A stretch of 64,000 bases of DNA. Origin: Octopus sinensis. Lineage: Eukaryota. The DNA lies in NCBI RefSeq assembly GCF_006345805.1, contig NC_042999.1:67952001-68016000 (forward strand). Reading direction: 5' to 3'. Made by a program: the position numbers and the translations under genes. Below the pieces are notes generated by a model that was given only the letters and a program-made list of their open reading frames with translations, was not told the DNA's origin and ran no database searches. Shown one piece after another: positions 35,538-48,300 of the stretch; the stretch's first letter is position 1, and every line of letters starts with the position of its first letter.

Positions 35538-37934
35538 TATATATATATATATATACACATATATATATATATATAAGCATAGGCACACATATGCGCGTAC
35601 GTATATAAGAGTTTGTTTCTCTGTGTGTCTGTGTGTGTGTCCCACTCACCGCCACCGTCTAATAACTGGTATTAGTTTCTTTTTATGTCTTCATCACTTA
35701 GCGGTTCCTTGAAAGAAACCGATAAAATTACTACCAGACCTTCAGTAGTATAGTTGCTGGGGTTGAGTTGTTTCGACCAAACACTTCAAGGTGGTGCCTC
35801 AGCATGACCGCAGTCCAATGACTGGAAGAAGTAAACGATAAACACATCGAGATTTTACATGGTAGTTCAACCTATGAGAAATAACAGCCAAACCTCCCTC
35901 ATATCACATTTTATAGTCTTATTAAAAAGATGCTGGCGGGAGAATAATGTTAACAACGTATGTAGAAGCTGACTCACGAAATCCTCTTCTTTAGTTCAAG
36001 GTTTTTAAATTCCTGAATTAAAATCTCAGTAAATATTCGTTGAGGATTGGTGTGCTATGGTTTCTGAACTGAGGGTGATGTAATAAATATTCCAACGTTT
36101 GTACGAAGTTTCGAGATTTTTTAAGGAATTCGTAGAAATGGTAAATAAATTGTGGTGTTCATACCCTTCTCAAGAGTGAATTGTGAATAGGATCTGAAAA
36201 GCAATTAAAAAAATAAAAGCAAACAAGACGGTTTGTTAAAAATGCAAACCTCACTATCCTCGTCACTATAAATACACCAAAATAATAAAATTACTTGCCG
36301 ACACACAGGTTTTTTTCTGACTTATAGATTTAAGGAAAATATAATTGTTTGAAGTTCGTCTCTTCCCCTAAGCGTTAATGACCTAATCGAATTAAAGTAA
36401 CTTCAACCGGAAATCAAAACATAGCCATCCATACACTCCTTGATATAAGCAGAACATCACATGAGACGACGATGAGATTGTAAAATTTTCGGCTACAACC
36501 ATAACAACTTTTCTAAGCAATTTTGTTGAATTTCTTTTTTAAAAAAAGCCATTGAAATGGAGATTAATTCTTAAGAAAACGAAAATTATACCCAGTCGTT
36601 TTTTTTTCAGACTTCTTTGAGAATCAGCCAACTTCCGGTTGCAATTTGTTTTATGTAAATAGGACACGAATGTGTCTGTTTTAACCTCATAAGCAGTAGT
36701 TTGCCATTTTAAATTTATTACAATTGCATGTTATACGGAATCTGTAATGCTAGATTTCTCAACTCGGAAATTTCCCAGACGTTACAAGTGATTCTTTTAT
36801 TTTTATTATTATTCTACTTTTTTTATATCATTCCGCGGTACATTTACATAATTTTAAAAAGAAGTCAGGAAATAGTTAAAGAATAAAATTTCTCTTGAAA
36901 ATTTTGTTGCAAACTTACACAATTTTAATCAATACACTTAAAACCTCTATAGTCTTTTGACGTCCTAGAAATAACAGCCAAATCTTCAAATATCTCGAGC
37001 CACCGAAAGATTCCCTACGTGGCTGCACGACTTACTACAAATAACAGTTAAATCTTCCTCACATCAATCAAACCAACCCATGGAACACCTATATGGACAG
37101 TGACCTACTAGAAATAGCAACTAAGTATCCCTCAATTTACAATCTTCTATCTTAACACTTCGCCTGTCAAGCCCATTTTACGCCATATTGAGAATATAGT
37201 GTGGGGAATCGCCGATGACTCCCACGGTATGGAAATTGTTAAATAAAGTGGCGGATATATTGGTCATGCATATCTATGTTGAGGTGTTCATAGAAGTGTA
37301 GCACAAATGTATTGCAATACGCATGCGTGTCTCTCTAATGACATCAGTGACTGCAAGGAAATTGTCATACTGCCTTTATTTTCGTTGGATGCTTTTTTCA
37401 CGAGATATTCTAAATAGTTTATAACATACAAATATAAGCACCACCAAGACTTGCGTCCAAATTTTCGGCAAATGTCGAAGCAGTGGATCCGTAAAAAAAA
37501 AAACATCAATTTTACTATGGCACGGAAGAAGCTTCTTTAAAGGTCAACTAGTAGCATGGAATTCAAGATGGCACTGGAATCATCAAGAATAGCCCACGCT
37601 TTCGCTCGACGAAGCTTAACATCCTTTCTCTGTGAGTATGTATATAAAACGAGTCAATAGACTGAAACAATTTTATGAGGCGTAGGAGTGGCCTGTGATT
37701 TGCAAGCTGGGTATGTTTGGCACCAGGTAAGTGTGGCCGGATCAAAAGTAAAGGTTCTACCCAGATGGCTGGGTTCCTTGCCCTACTATGTAACATTAAA
37801 TTCGTAAACTTTCATTGAAATTTGTACCCATCATATTGTAAATTTTTAAAACGTTTTAAGCTACTTCGCCCTATATGTTTGTCAGTCCTTCTATGTCCCC
37901 TCTACGTAACGCCTTAATGGAGAATTTTCATGAA

Positions 37935-38183
37935 ATAAAGTAGCTTGCTTACCAACCACATGGTTCCGGGTTCAGTCCCACAGCGTGGCACCTTGGGCAA
38001 GTCTCTTGTACTATAGCCTCGGGCCGACCAAAGCGTTGTGAGTAGATTTGGTAGACGGAAACTGAAAGAAGCCCGTCATACACCCACCCACACACCCATA
38101 CACACATAGTATCTTCTACTATTGCCTTGGACAGACCAAAGCCTTGTGAGTGGATTTGATAGACGGAAACTGAAAGCCCGTCG

Positions 38184-38228
<45 letters not shown>

Positions 38229-38428
38229 CTGTGCTTGTCCCCCCAACATTGCTTGACAACCGATGCTGGTGTGTTTACGTCCCTGTAACTGAGTGGTTCG
38301 GCAAAAGAGACCGATAGAATAAGTACTAGGCTTACAAAGAATAAGTCCTGGGGGTCGATTTGCTCGACTAAAGGCGGTGCTCCAGCATGGCTACAGTAAC
38401 ATGACTGAAACAAGTAAAAGAGTAAAAC
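37935..38428 (+). mobile_element. SINE family A, 5'-truncated, with internal duplication
   Basis: gtagcttgcttaccaaccac...gtaaaagagtaaaa; the ccaaagc...gacggaaactgaaa block occurs twice. Confidence 0.85.
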
Positions 38429-38429
38429 G

Positions 38430-40020
38430 TCCTGAATATGGCGGATGCAGTCAGCTTTTGAGGCATTAACATCTAATATCTGCTGCTGCTTTCTCGAAGT
38501 CATGTTACAGAAGCACAGCTTCTGAGAAGGTGTCTGTTATATTGCTCTGTTGGCAGAGACAACACTCAGAGATGGAGATTATGCTAACTCTGTGAGTGTA
38601 ATTTGCGTCTTTTGCTGTTATTGCTAAGTGATGAGGGTTTTCTGAGAGTGAAGCTTATTTTTTTTTATTTTTGTCACCTGAAGTACGAAGGACGTGGTTC
38701 AGTTAGATGGCAAATAGAAATGGCGCAATCGCATCTCCTTGTAAAATGCCTCCACTGATGTTGAAGAAGAGGGTGTTTCCATCGGCTGATGGCACTTTAG
38801 CTCTTGTGTTCTTGCAGAAAGTCATTACTGTTGATACTGCTTCTTGGAATACTCTGTATAGATGAAGAATTTGCTCCATTTTGCCTCGGTCAGAACAGAA
38901 AACTTTCGACAAGTCTACAAACGGCAAAATAGCACGTAGATTTTTAACCTTGACTCCCTCTACAATTATTAAGCTCTGACCAACAGCTGACCGGCATTTC
39001 ATAAACCAATTTTTTGTTTTTTCGTTTTTGCAAGACCTTGAGTTCTGACATTTCAGCAACAATAAATTTGTTGTAAAGATAAGGAAATAATTTTATTCTC
39101 AAACGCAGGATAATGCTAATGATATAGCATGAACAGGCGCAGGAGTGGCTGTGTGGTAAGTAGCTTGCTTACCAACCACATGGTTCTGGGTTGAGTTCCA
39201 CTGCGTGGCAACTTGGGCAAGTGTCTTCTAATATAGCCTCGGGCCAACCAAAGCCTTGTGAGTGGATTTGGTAGACGGAAACTGAAAGAAGCCCGTCGTA
39301 TATATGTCTATATATATATGTATGTATGTGTGTCTGTGTTTGTCCCCCCTAACATCGCTTGACAACAGATGCTGGTGTGTTAACGTTCCCGTAACTTAGC
39401 GGTTCGGCAAAAGAGACCGATAGAATAAGAACTGGGCTTACAAAGAATAAGTCCTGGGGTCGATTTGCTCGACTAAAGGCGGTGCTCCAGCATGGCCACA
39501 GTCAAATGACTGAAACAAGTTAAAAGGTTAAAAGGTAAAAGGATAAACTACTCATATTTTGCAGAAATATGGGCAATTTTTGTTGTAAGCTTTTGCTATT
39601 ATCGCTGTAAAGGTAACACCGCTGCATGTTTTAGCCTTACCTCTGTGAATGGGAAACGACAACTTTCCGTCCACGTCATAATTGGATTTTTAAGACATTC
39701 TGCATTGGAAAATTGAAGGAGAATATCAAGGAGAATGTCACTGAACGCTTTTCTATTCCAGACTTTCAGAGACATATTATCAAGGCCAGCTGACTTCATC
39801 TTTTTCATCAATTTGTGTGCTTCAGTGAATTCTCTTAATATGAAATCACTGTTTGATGTGAAGATCATATTTAATAGCAATTTCTCTGTTTTATCTTTAA
39901 CTGTTGAGGAATTACCAAGTTTTCTGAAATCGTTTTTCCACCTGTTTAGTCTTTAAGTTCTTGCAGACTTGTGGTTGTTTTTAGTTTCGACTTGCCCATA
40001 CTTTCCCTACCACTAACTTC
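38430..40020 (-). mobile_element. Degenerate RTE-X-like LINE (RT domain), interrupted by a SINE A
   Basis: AILPFVDLSKVF.SDRGKMEQIL...ILQGDAIAPFLF (38703-39062) and SAGLDNMSLKVW...WTESC.FPF (39599-39880); boundaries approximate. Confidence 0.75.
39134..39540 (+). mobile_element. SINE family A, full length, inserted in the LINE
   Basis: Consensus-like head and tail. Confidence 0.9.
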
Positions 40021-40021
40021 A

Positions 40022-40184
40022 CTGCCAGTTTACCTTGCCAGCAAGAAATGTTTATGTTCTATCGAAGTGTAAAACCTTGATGAGCCGAGATCGATTCTCA
40101 CCTGCCAGTTTACCTTGCCAGCAAGAAATGTTTATGTTCTATCGAAGTGTAAAACCTTGATGAGCCGAGATCGATTCTCACCTG
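40022..40184. repeat. Perfect 80-bp tandem duplication
   Basis: ctgccagtttacc...gattctcac at 40022 and 40102. Confidence 0.95.
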
Positions 40185-40469
40185 GGGTGCAAAATTTCAG
40201 GCTTTCCATTTTTTTCACAAAGGTTGAGGTGACAGTCTCTCGAGAGAACTTTTTTTTTGCTATTGTCTTTTTTTTAATTTTTTTAATGCCGATACTATCT
40301 GTCGGTTGTAACTATTGACAGAAGCACCACGGTTTATTTTTTAGTGATGTGGTAGTGAAGCGGTTCAAAAACTGAAGGAGAGAGTTGAAGTGGGACTGGG
40401 CGCAGTTCTACACCGCCCATAAATTTAATAGATTAATGGCGGTATATTGGTCAACTTTACACTAAGCAG

Positions 40470-40920
40470 CAGCAGCAGCTGCAGAAAGAGTAGAAGTAGT
40501 GGTGGTGGCGGCGGCGGCGGCAGCGGCGGAAGCAGCAGTAGCAGAAGCAGCAGCAGCAGTAGTAGTAGTAGTATAGTAGTAGTAGTAGTAGTAGTAGTAG
40601 TATTGGTGGTGGTAGTAGTAGTAGCAGTAGTAGTAGCATTGATTGTGGTAGTGGTGGTGATGATAGTAGTAGTAGTACGGTTGGTGGTAATAGTGGTAGT
40701 ACTAGTAGTATGGTAGTAGTGTTAGTAGTAGCAATAGTTGTAGTATTGGTGATGGTGGTGGTGGTGGTAGTAGTGCTGGTGGTAGTGCTGGTGGTAGTGC
40801 TGGTGGTAGTGCTGGTGGTAGTGCTGGTGGTAGTGCTGGTGGTAGTGCTGGCGAAGGTGCCGGTGGTGCTGGTAGTAGTAGTAGTAGTATAGTAGTAGTA
40901 GTAGTAGTAGTAGTAGTAGC
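40470..40920. repeat. Compound trinucleotide tract (AGC/GGC/AGT/GGT), including a (GTAGTGCTGGTG)n 12-mer
   Basis: Direct inspection. Confidence 0.9.
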
Positions 40921-41802
40921 AATGCAGTTTCTTCCCCTGCCTCATCAACCCTGAAGGAGCCCAGCAGACAGCAGACCCTTGATCAAAAGTGTTCCAGGTG
41001 TTCCTGTCCTTTCAGCGGTACCTTGGACTTATATTACAATAAGGTGTAATTTGATGTAGAACAAGCTGCTATTTTTAGCAAGTCACGTTAACACGAAGGG
41101 ACACCCTCGTTCTTCATCGCTACTTGCATTGTTACAGCTTATATTTTAGTCTTCGCTGCGTTTCCACCCACCCACCCCCGCCTGTCCAGCCGTCTACCCG
41201 GCCACGCGTTCACTTAACCACGCATCTACTTTTCCATCCATCCACCCTTTTTATGCAACGTTTTCATAATTTCAAAGAACAGGAAGCGGATGAAGAACGA
41301 ACTTTCCAAGAAAATTATATGATAGATGTAATTCTATGTAACATTAAAGAACAGTTACACTTACAAATACATACATACATAATACACATATATGCACATA
41401 CATACATACATACATACATACATACATACATACATACATACATACATACACACGTACATGCATGCATACTCACATACATACATACATACATACATACATA
41501 CATACATACATACATACATACATACATACAGTGTCAGTCGTGTAATTATGCAGTTTGCTTTCCTACCACTCGATTCAGAGTTCGATTTCACTGCGCAGCA
41601 GCCCGAGCAAGAATCTTCAATGATCCATCCATCCATTCACCTATCTATCTATATCCCAACCCACTTTTTTTCTTTCCTCTTTCTTTCTTTTTACGATCCC
41701 TTTTGATCGAAAATCAAACCCCCTTTTTTATCCCAAAAATAAAAGCTCTACCTTGTAATTTGTCCCGTCTGTGTGCAGCCCTGTGTGGCTAATAAAGAAA
41801 CA

Positions 41803-41867
<65 letters not shown>

Positions 41868-42136
41868 GTCTATCGATCTGTCTGTCTATCTATCTTTCTA
41901 TCTTCATATCTAACTGTCGATCTGTCTGTCTATCTATCTATCTATCTATCTATCTTCACATCTAACTGTCGATCTGTCTGTCTATCTGTCTATCTATCTA
42001 TCAATCTATCTATCTATCTGTCTGTATGTCCCTCTGTCTGTCTGTCTGTTTGTATGTCTACTAGCTACCTATCTAAACCAATTTAACATTACTTTGTTAT
42101 ACAACACATTTATTAACAGTGACAAAGAAGACATCT

Positions 42137-42179
42137 ACAGCGACATACAAGTTTCGGTTTATTGCCGTCAGAAGACTGT
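42137..42179 (-). ncRNA. Degenerate hammerhead motif (core CUUCUGA)
   Basis: ACAGU-CUUCUGA-C-GG-CAAUAAA-CC-GAAA-CUUGUAUG-UC/GCUGU; same layout as 44320-44363 but G5 and A6 mutated. Confidence 0.45.
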
Positions 42180-42721
42180 AATTTGCTTTAGTTCTTTCTG
42201 GCTTTGGCTAGCATTTGGCAGCTTGCTTTTTGGTAGGTGATGTAATAATAATTTGGTGTGATATACTTAGATAGGGGAAGCAGTTGTGTAGGAAAAGGGC
42301 AATGGATGAGAAAAGTAGGTCTTTTTATAGGGTGTGAGTTGACAGAAATGTATGGTAAAGAGATATATTTCGGTTTGATGGAGGAATTTTGTTATCGTTT
42401 AGGGTTCAGTCAGGCTGGGGAAACTCAGGCAACAAGTCAATTAAATTTATTAAATTAAATTAACAAGCAACAATAGAGTGCGCTTTATTGCGGGGTAAGT
42501 TGTTAATTTACGGTATCAATAGGAAGGCTTTCAGATTTAAAAATTCATTATCGGATATGTTGTTTGTAAATTTGTTATGACTTCGAAATCCGAGCAACCG
42601 GATACGTTTCCTGTTCGGAGTAAGAGTATATAGCATTCTGAGTCGTTATAGTTCTGTAGAAACCGTGTAAGGTGCGGCTTCAAGAATTTTTAGGATTGAG
42701 AAGGCATTAAATTCACAATGG

Positions 42722-42877
42722 CAGGCGTCATTGCGTGGTAAGAAGCTTGCTTTTCAACCACGTGATCCCAGGTTCAGTCCCAATGTGTGGCACTTCGGGC
42801 AAGTATCTTCTACTATAGTCTCGGGTCGACCAAAGCCTTGTGAGTGGATTTGGTAGACGGAAAATGAAAGTAGTGCG

Positions 42878-42922
<45 letters not shown>

Positions 42923-43150
42923 CGCGCATGTGTGTGAGTGTATTTGTGTGCTTGTGTCTGTTTGTCCCCACCACCATCGCTTGACAACTGATGTTGGTGT
43001 GTTTACATCCCCGTAACTTAGCGGTTCGGCAAAGAGATCGCTAGTACTAGACTTACAAAGAATAAGTCCTGGGGTTGATTTGTTCGACTAAATTTCCTTA
43101 AGGTGGTGTTCCAGCATGGACGCAGTCAAATGACTGAAGCAAAAACAAGA
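42722..43150 (+). mobile_element. SINE family A
   Basis: caggcgtcattgcgtggtaagaag...cagtcaaatgactgaagc. Confidence 0.85.
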
Positions 43151-43500
43151 ATATATATATGTGTGTGTGTGTGTGTGTGTAGATGTGTGTATTTTCCCTT
43201 GTTAACAATTAGCACGGACAAAATAGATAAATAGTTACCAGGGTAGCAAAATACCACACAAGTAAAAAAGGTGTGGCTCCTTGTTTTTAAAGGTAGAAAC
43301 TCCGTGTTTACGTGAAATATTTTGTATAATATATATAAATAAATAAATGGAGTCAAACGCAGGTGTTATTCAAATTCTTTTACTTCCTTTGACGTTATAT
43401 CCGCTAACGTTTTTTTAAAAACTTAATAGCGTTCAATTAATCACTATAGATATTCATCATATTCTGTTAAAATGTCTTATTGACGAGTTTCATTTCTTGG

Positions 43501-43591
43501 TTTCCCTGAAGAGAATATTACATTGTTTTACACCCACCATTTTATTCCTTTGGAATACTACCAGTGATATCTTCGAAACATGTGTCGGAAG
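43501..43591 (+). ncRNA. Type I hammerhead motif, intact core, large stem II loop
   Basis: UUUCC-CUGAAGA-GAA.UAUUAC...GUGAUA(UC)UUC-GAAA-C-AUGU-G-UC/GGAAG. Confidence 0.65.
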
Positions 43592-43628
43592 TAAAAGAAT
43601 TTGATTAATACCTGCGCTTAACTCCATA

Positions 43629-43702
<74 letters not shown>

Positions 43703-44319
43703 AATAGATATATATGTCTCTGTGTATATATACATGCGGAAATATGTATATATACATATATATATGATTACACACACATACTTATATATACATGTAAAGT
43801 TATATATATACAAATGCATCCATTCAAGTGTATGTATATGAATATATGTATGTATGCATGCATGTAAGTATGTATGTATATACCATTTCAACATTAAATA
43901 GAAGGATTGTCCAATAATCTTTAGTAGAGTGCCAAATTTGTTAATTACGTTAACGAAATTATTGAACCTGTGTTCGAAATTTCTGCTTACTAGGTGTCAT
44001 CAAATTGTAGTTTACATTTCGAACCATATATATACAATGTTCATGATGTTCCTTTAGCATATGGAACGATGTATATGAAAACCTGACTGAAAACAACCAA
44101 TTACGAACTTCTACTATCAAACCAGAAAAACTTTCCCTACCGTGCCTGCTACATACACCCTACAAGTACATATTTCCTTCTTGTTCTCCATCTTCTTTCT
44201 TACACAACCATTTATTCTTTTCGCGTAGAAACTCATTTAGACCACACTTAATGTTCATATGCCACGCTCCACCCAGAATAACACAATTTATATATAAGGC
44301 TTGGAAAACAAACTAAACT

Positions 44320-44363
44320 AGAGTCTGATGACGGCTAGTAAACCGAAACTTCGAAGTCACTTT
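44320..44363 (+). ncRNA. Type I hammerhead motif, intact core
   Basis: AGAGU-CUGAUGA-C-GG-CUAGUAAA-CC-GAAA-CUUCGAAG-UC/ACUUU; stem III ACUUCGAAGU is a perfect 10-nt palindrome; stem II is weak. Confidence 0.65.
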
Positions 44364-44558
44364 TATATATATATATATATATATGAGGAGAGAGAGAGAG
44401 AGGGAGAGATAGCTATATACTGTACATACATAAACACATATGTATATACATATGTATATATATATAAATATATACGCGCTTAAACATACATATATACTTA
44501 TCTAAATAAACGTGAATATATGTTCTTATGTGTGTGTGTGTGTGTATCTAACACACAC

Positions 44559-44637
<79 letters not shown>

Positions 44638-45069
44638 GTGTGTGTGTGTGGTGTGTGTGTGTATGTGTGTTTCTATAGTTACCATTACACGTTTCGCCCG
44701 AAGATGAGATTGTTCAACAGATGTAACATTTCAATAGTTATTCATAATTTACAAGATGTTTTATCGGGAAATTATATCTTTCATCTGCAGAGAATAAAAC
44801 GTTATATTGTACATTCCGAACAAATCTGGATACTGCTGTGCTCACCTCCAGTCGAGACACGTACCAGTGTGTAAGTAACCAATGAAATATAACTGCTGGT
44901 ACTCGCGGGTTAGAAGCATTATGTACGTTGTATGATTCGCAGACACCTTAACGTTGTAAGTATATTATTATTATTAGTAGTAGTAGTAGTAGCAGTTAAT
45001 ATTTTTGTTGTTGCAAGTAACGGTCGATTTTCTTTACTATCAGTAGCGAGTGTGCGTGTGCATAAGTAA

Positions 45070-45136
<67 letters not shown>

Positions 45137-45172
45137 CATCTATCTGTCTGTCTGTCTGTCTATATATATATA

Positions 45173-46011
45173 TATATGTATGTATACACATATATGTGTG
45201 TGTATTTATGGTTATACGTACAGTTGTATAACATATATACACACAGACACACACGCACGCACACACAGACGCGCATATACATACATACGTACATACATAC
45301 ATACATACATACATACGTACATACATACATACATACGTACATACATACATACGTACATACATACATACATACATACATACACACACACATACATACATAC
45401 ATACGTACATACATACATACATACGTACATACATACATACATACTACATACATACATACATACATACATACTACATACATACATACATACATACATACAT
45501 ACATACATACATACACACACACATACATACATACATACATACATATGTTCCAGTCTCCAGTTACGAAGAACTACATTGGTTATCTGAGTTGACTGAGAAT
45601 GTTATGGTGCCAAGTCCTCAACCAATGTCCACTATAGTACACGATTTGTTTCTCACTCTCTCTCACTCCATCTCTATCTTTTTATCTCTTTTCTTTTCTC
45701 TTTCATCCTCCCTGTCTTTCAACCCTCTCGTTTCTTTCTCCTTTTTCTATCTATGCTTGTTTAATTCTAATGATAAGGCTACGTGACTGGAAGATTAATG
45801 CGTCTACCTCCGTTCCAAGAATGGTCGTAATTTTCAACTTAGACATAAACATCAAACCGTCTTTGTTACTCGAAGGTATTTTTACTTCATATTCTTTCAG
45901 TAAAAGGAAGCCTTTTGCCTTTTAATGTTTCCGGGATGAGTTGTATGTATGTATGTATGTATGTATGTATGTATGTATGTATGTATGTATGTGTATATAT
46001 ATATATATATA

Positions 46012-46063
<52 letters not shown>

Positions 46064-46710
46064 TATATATATATATATATGTATGTATACACATATATGT
46101 GTGTGTATTTATGGTTATACGTACAGTTGTATAACATATATACACACAGACACACACGCACGCACACACAGACGCGCATATACATACATACGTACATACA
46201 TACATACATACGTACATACATACATACATACATACATACATACATACATACATACATACATACATACATACATACATACACACACACATACATACATACA
46301 TACATACATCATATGTTCCAGTCTCCAGTTACGAAGAACTACATTGGTTATCTGAGTTGACTGAGAATGTTATGGTGCCAAGTCCTCAACCAATGTCCAC
46401 TATAGTACACGATTTGTTTCTCACTCTCTCTCACTCCATCTCTATCTTTTTATCTCTTTTCTTTTCTCTTTCATCCTCCCTGTCTTTCAACCCTCTCGTT
46501 TCTTTCTCCTTTTCTATCTATGCTTGTTTAATTCTAATGATAAGGCTACGTGACTGGAAGATTAATGCGTCTACCTCCGTTCCAAGAATGGTCGTAATTT
46601 TCAACTTAGACATAAACATCAAACCGTCTTTGTTACTCGAAGGTATTTTTACTTCATATTCTTTCAGTAAAAGGAAGCCTTTTGCCTTTTAATGTTTCCG
46701 GGATGAGTTG
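45173..46710. repeat. Near-identical tandem duplication of a ~770-bp microsatellite-flanked unit
   Basis: Unique segment catatgttccagtc...gggatgagttg at about 45545-45942 and 46313-46709. Confidence 0.9.
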
Positions 46711-46772
46711 TATGTATGTATGTATGATGTATGTATGTATGTATGTAGGTATGTATGTATGTAGTATGTATG

Positions 46773-46840
<68 letters not shown>

Positions 46841-46942
46841 ATATATATGTATGTATAAGGGTGAAAAGGAACACACGAGTTGATATATATGAAAAAACAA
46901 GTCAAGATAGAAAATGCTAAAATAATTTTATAAAGAACATTT

Positions 46943-46980
46943 CAGTACCGGTTTCGGTCATTTTGAGACCTTTTCAACTG
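46943..46980 (-). ncRNA. Type I hammerhead motif with U3-A8 core (UUGAAAA)
   Basis: CAG-UUGAAAA-GGUC-UCAAAAU-GACC-GAAA-CCGG-UA/CUG; palindromic ACCGGU stem III. Confidence 0.7.
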
Positions 46981-47220
46981 TAACGATTAAATAATTAAAT
47001 TAGAAAAATTAAGAGAAAAGTTTTTTTAAAGGAATATTTGTATAGTGTTCAAATATAAGTGGCATTTTCCTTGTTTCTGCCTTTCACTGTCCCTCTTGTT
47101 TACACTTGTGGGTTCGACCGCAGAAACAAGGAAAATGCCACTTATATTTGAACACTATATAAATATTCCTTTAAAAAAACTTTTCTTTTAATTTTTCTAA
47201 ATTTAATTATTTAATCGTTA

Positions 47221-47258
47221 GAGTTGAAAAGGTCTCAAAATGACCGAAACCGGTACTG
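47221..47258 (+). ncRNA. Type I hammerhead motif with U3-A8 core (stem I has one mismatch)
   Basis: GAG-UUGAAAA-GGUC-UCAAAAU-GACC-GAAA-CCGG-UA/CUG; predicted cleavage after 47255. Confidence 0.65.
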
Positions 47259-47312
47259 AAATGTTCTTTATAAAATTATTTTAGCCTTTTCTATCTTGAC
47301 TTGTTTTTTCAC

Positions 47313-47359
<47 letters not shown>

Positions 47360-47382
47360 GTGTGTGTGTGTGTGTGTGTATG

Positions 47383-47790
47383 TAGATGCTTGCATCTCTC
47401 CTGACACATGGGAAGGCATAGCTATTGATCGTAGCAGGTGGAGAAGGATTGTGCACGAGGGGACAGCCACTTTTGAGAAATCTCGAGTTGCACATGAGAA
47501 AGTAAGGAAGGATGTCAGGAAGGGCATCGCTGTTACACTTCCAGATGGGAAGGGTCTTCCTTTGATGCTGACATGCAATGTCTGTGCAAGGCCCTGCCTC
47601 AGTAAAGCTGGACTCAAGAGTCATCTTCGTAGTCATAAAGCGAGACAGATGAGTGACAACCTCGCCACTGGTGGTGGTGTAACACACCATACTAATCATA
47701 TCTGTCGGGCATGTGGAAGAGAGTGTAATTCGGCAGGAGCACTTAAAACGACATGCAAAGGTACATGAAGCCCAGTTACAGCTACAGCCG
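47383..47790 (+). mobile_element. 3' end of an RTE-clade LINE ORF with two C2H2 zinc fingers
   Basis: ISPDTWEGIAIDRSRWRRIVHEGTATFE (RTE C-terminus), then CNVCARPCLSKAGLKSHLRSH and CRACGRECNSAGALK(RHAKVH after removing one A at 47745-47748). Confidence 0.75.
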
Positions 47791-48099
47791 GCTATTACCG
47801 GTAAAGGTATTAGTTGCCAATTCTGTACAAGACATTGTAGATCTTTAGCTGGGCCAAAAAGTCACATTCGGTCACAGCACCAGTAACAGTTAAGCTTCGT
47901 GCAATGGCCATACTCGATAACGAAGGGGCAGCCATAATAATAATGTATGTATGTATGTATGTATGTATGTATGTATGTATGTATGTATGTATGTAGTATG
48001 TATGTATGTATATATGTATTTGTATGTTCTCTTTCTTTTTTTGATTTAGCGTAAATTTCGATCGGCCACCTAGTTGCTGGCAAGGCTATGCCGAAAAAT

Positions 48100-48300
48100 A
48101 TCTTATTTTGCTCATCATCCTTTGAATCTTAAGGTCTGGAAGATTTTTATAATCCTAGATAATGGGATCATTTGTAGCATATGAATTAAGGATTTGCATA
48201 AGATCCCAAGTTCGGTTAAACTTTGCTCCATTGGTATGTATCCTGCTGTTCCAATAATAATAAGTACAAATAAAAATAAGTACATATAAAAGGACAACTT
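48100..48300 (-). mobile_element. RLE non-LTR C-terminal remnant
   Basis: IIIGTAGYIP.EQSLTELG...IIKIFQTLRF; same family as 7560-7770. Confidence 0.55.

Larger units (their letters stand above)
46890..47311. mobile_element. Palindromic element (~190-bp arms, 39-bp spacer) in (TA)n with one HHR per arm
   Basis: 46890-47080 is the near-perfect reverse complement of 47120-47311. Confidence 0.9.

Noticed and set aside
40075-40100. UUGAUGA followed by gccgagatc in the 80-bp repeat
   Set aside because: No GAAA, and U3 is not compensated at position 8.
40447-40948. Poly-V/S/T/Y ORFs on both strands
   Set aside because: Trinucleotide repeat tract; no unique coding content or splice context.
44685-44730. 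Minus-strand CUGUUGA...GAAACGUG motif
   Set aside because: Stem II does not pair and the cleavage position is G. It may be a decayed HHR but cannot be supported.
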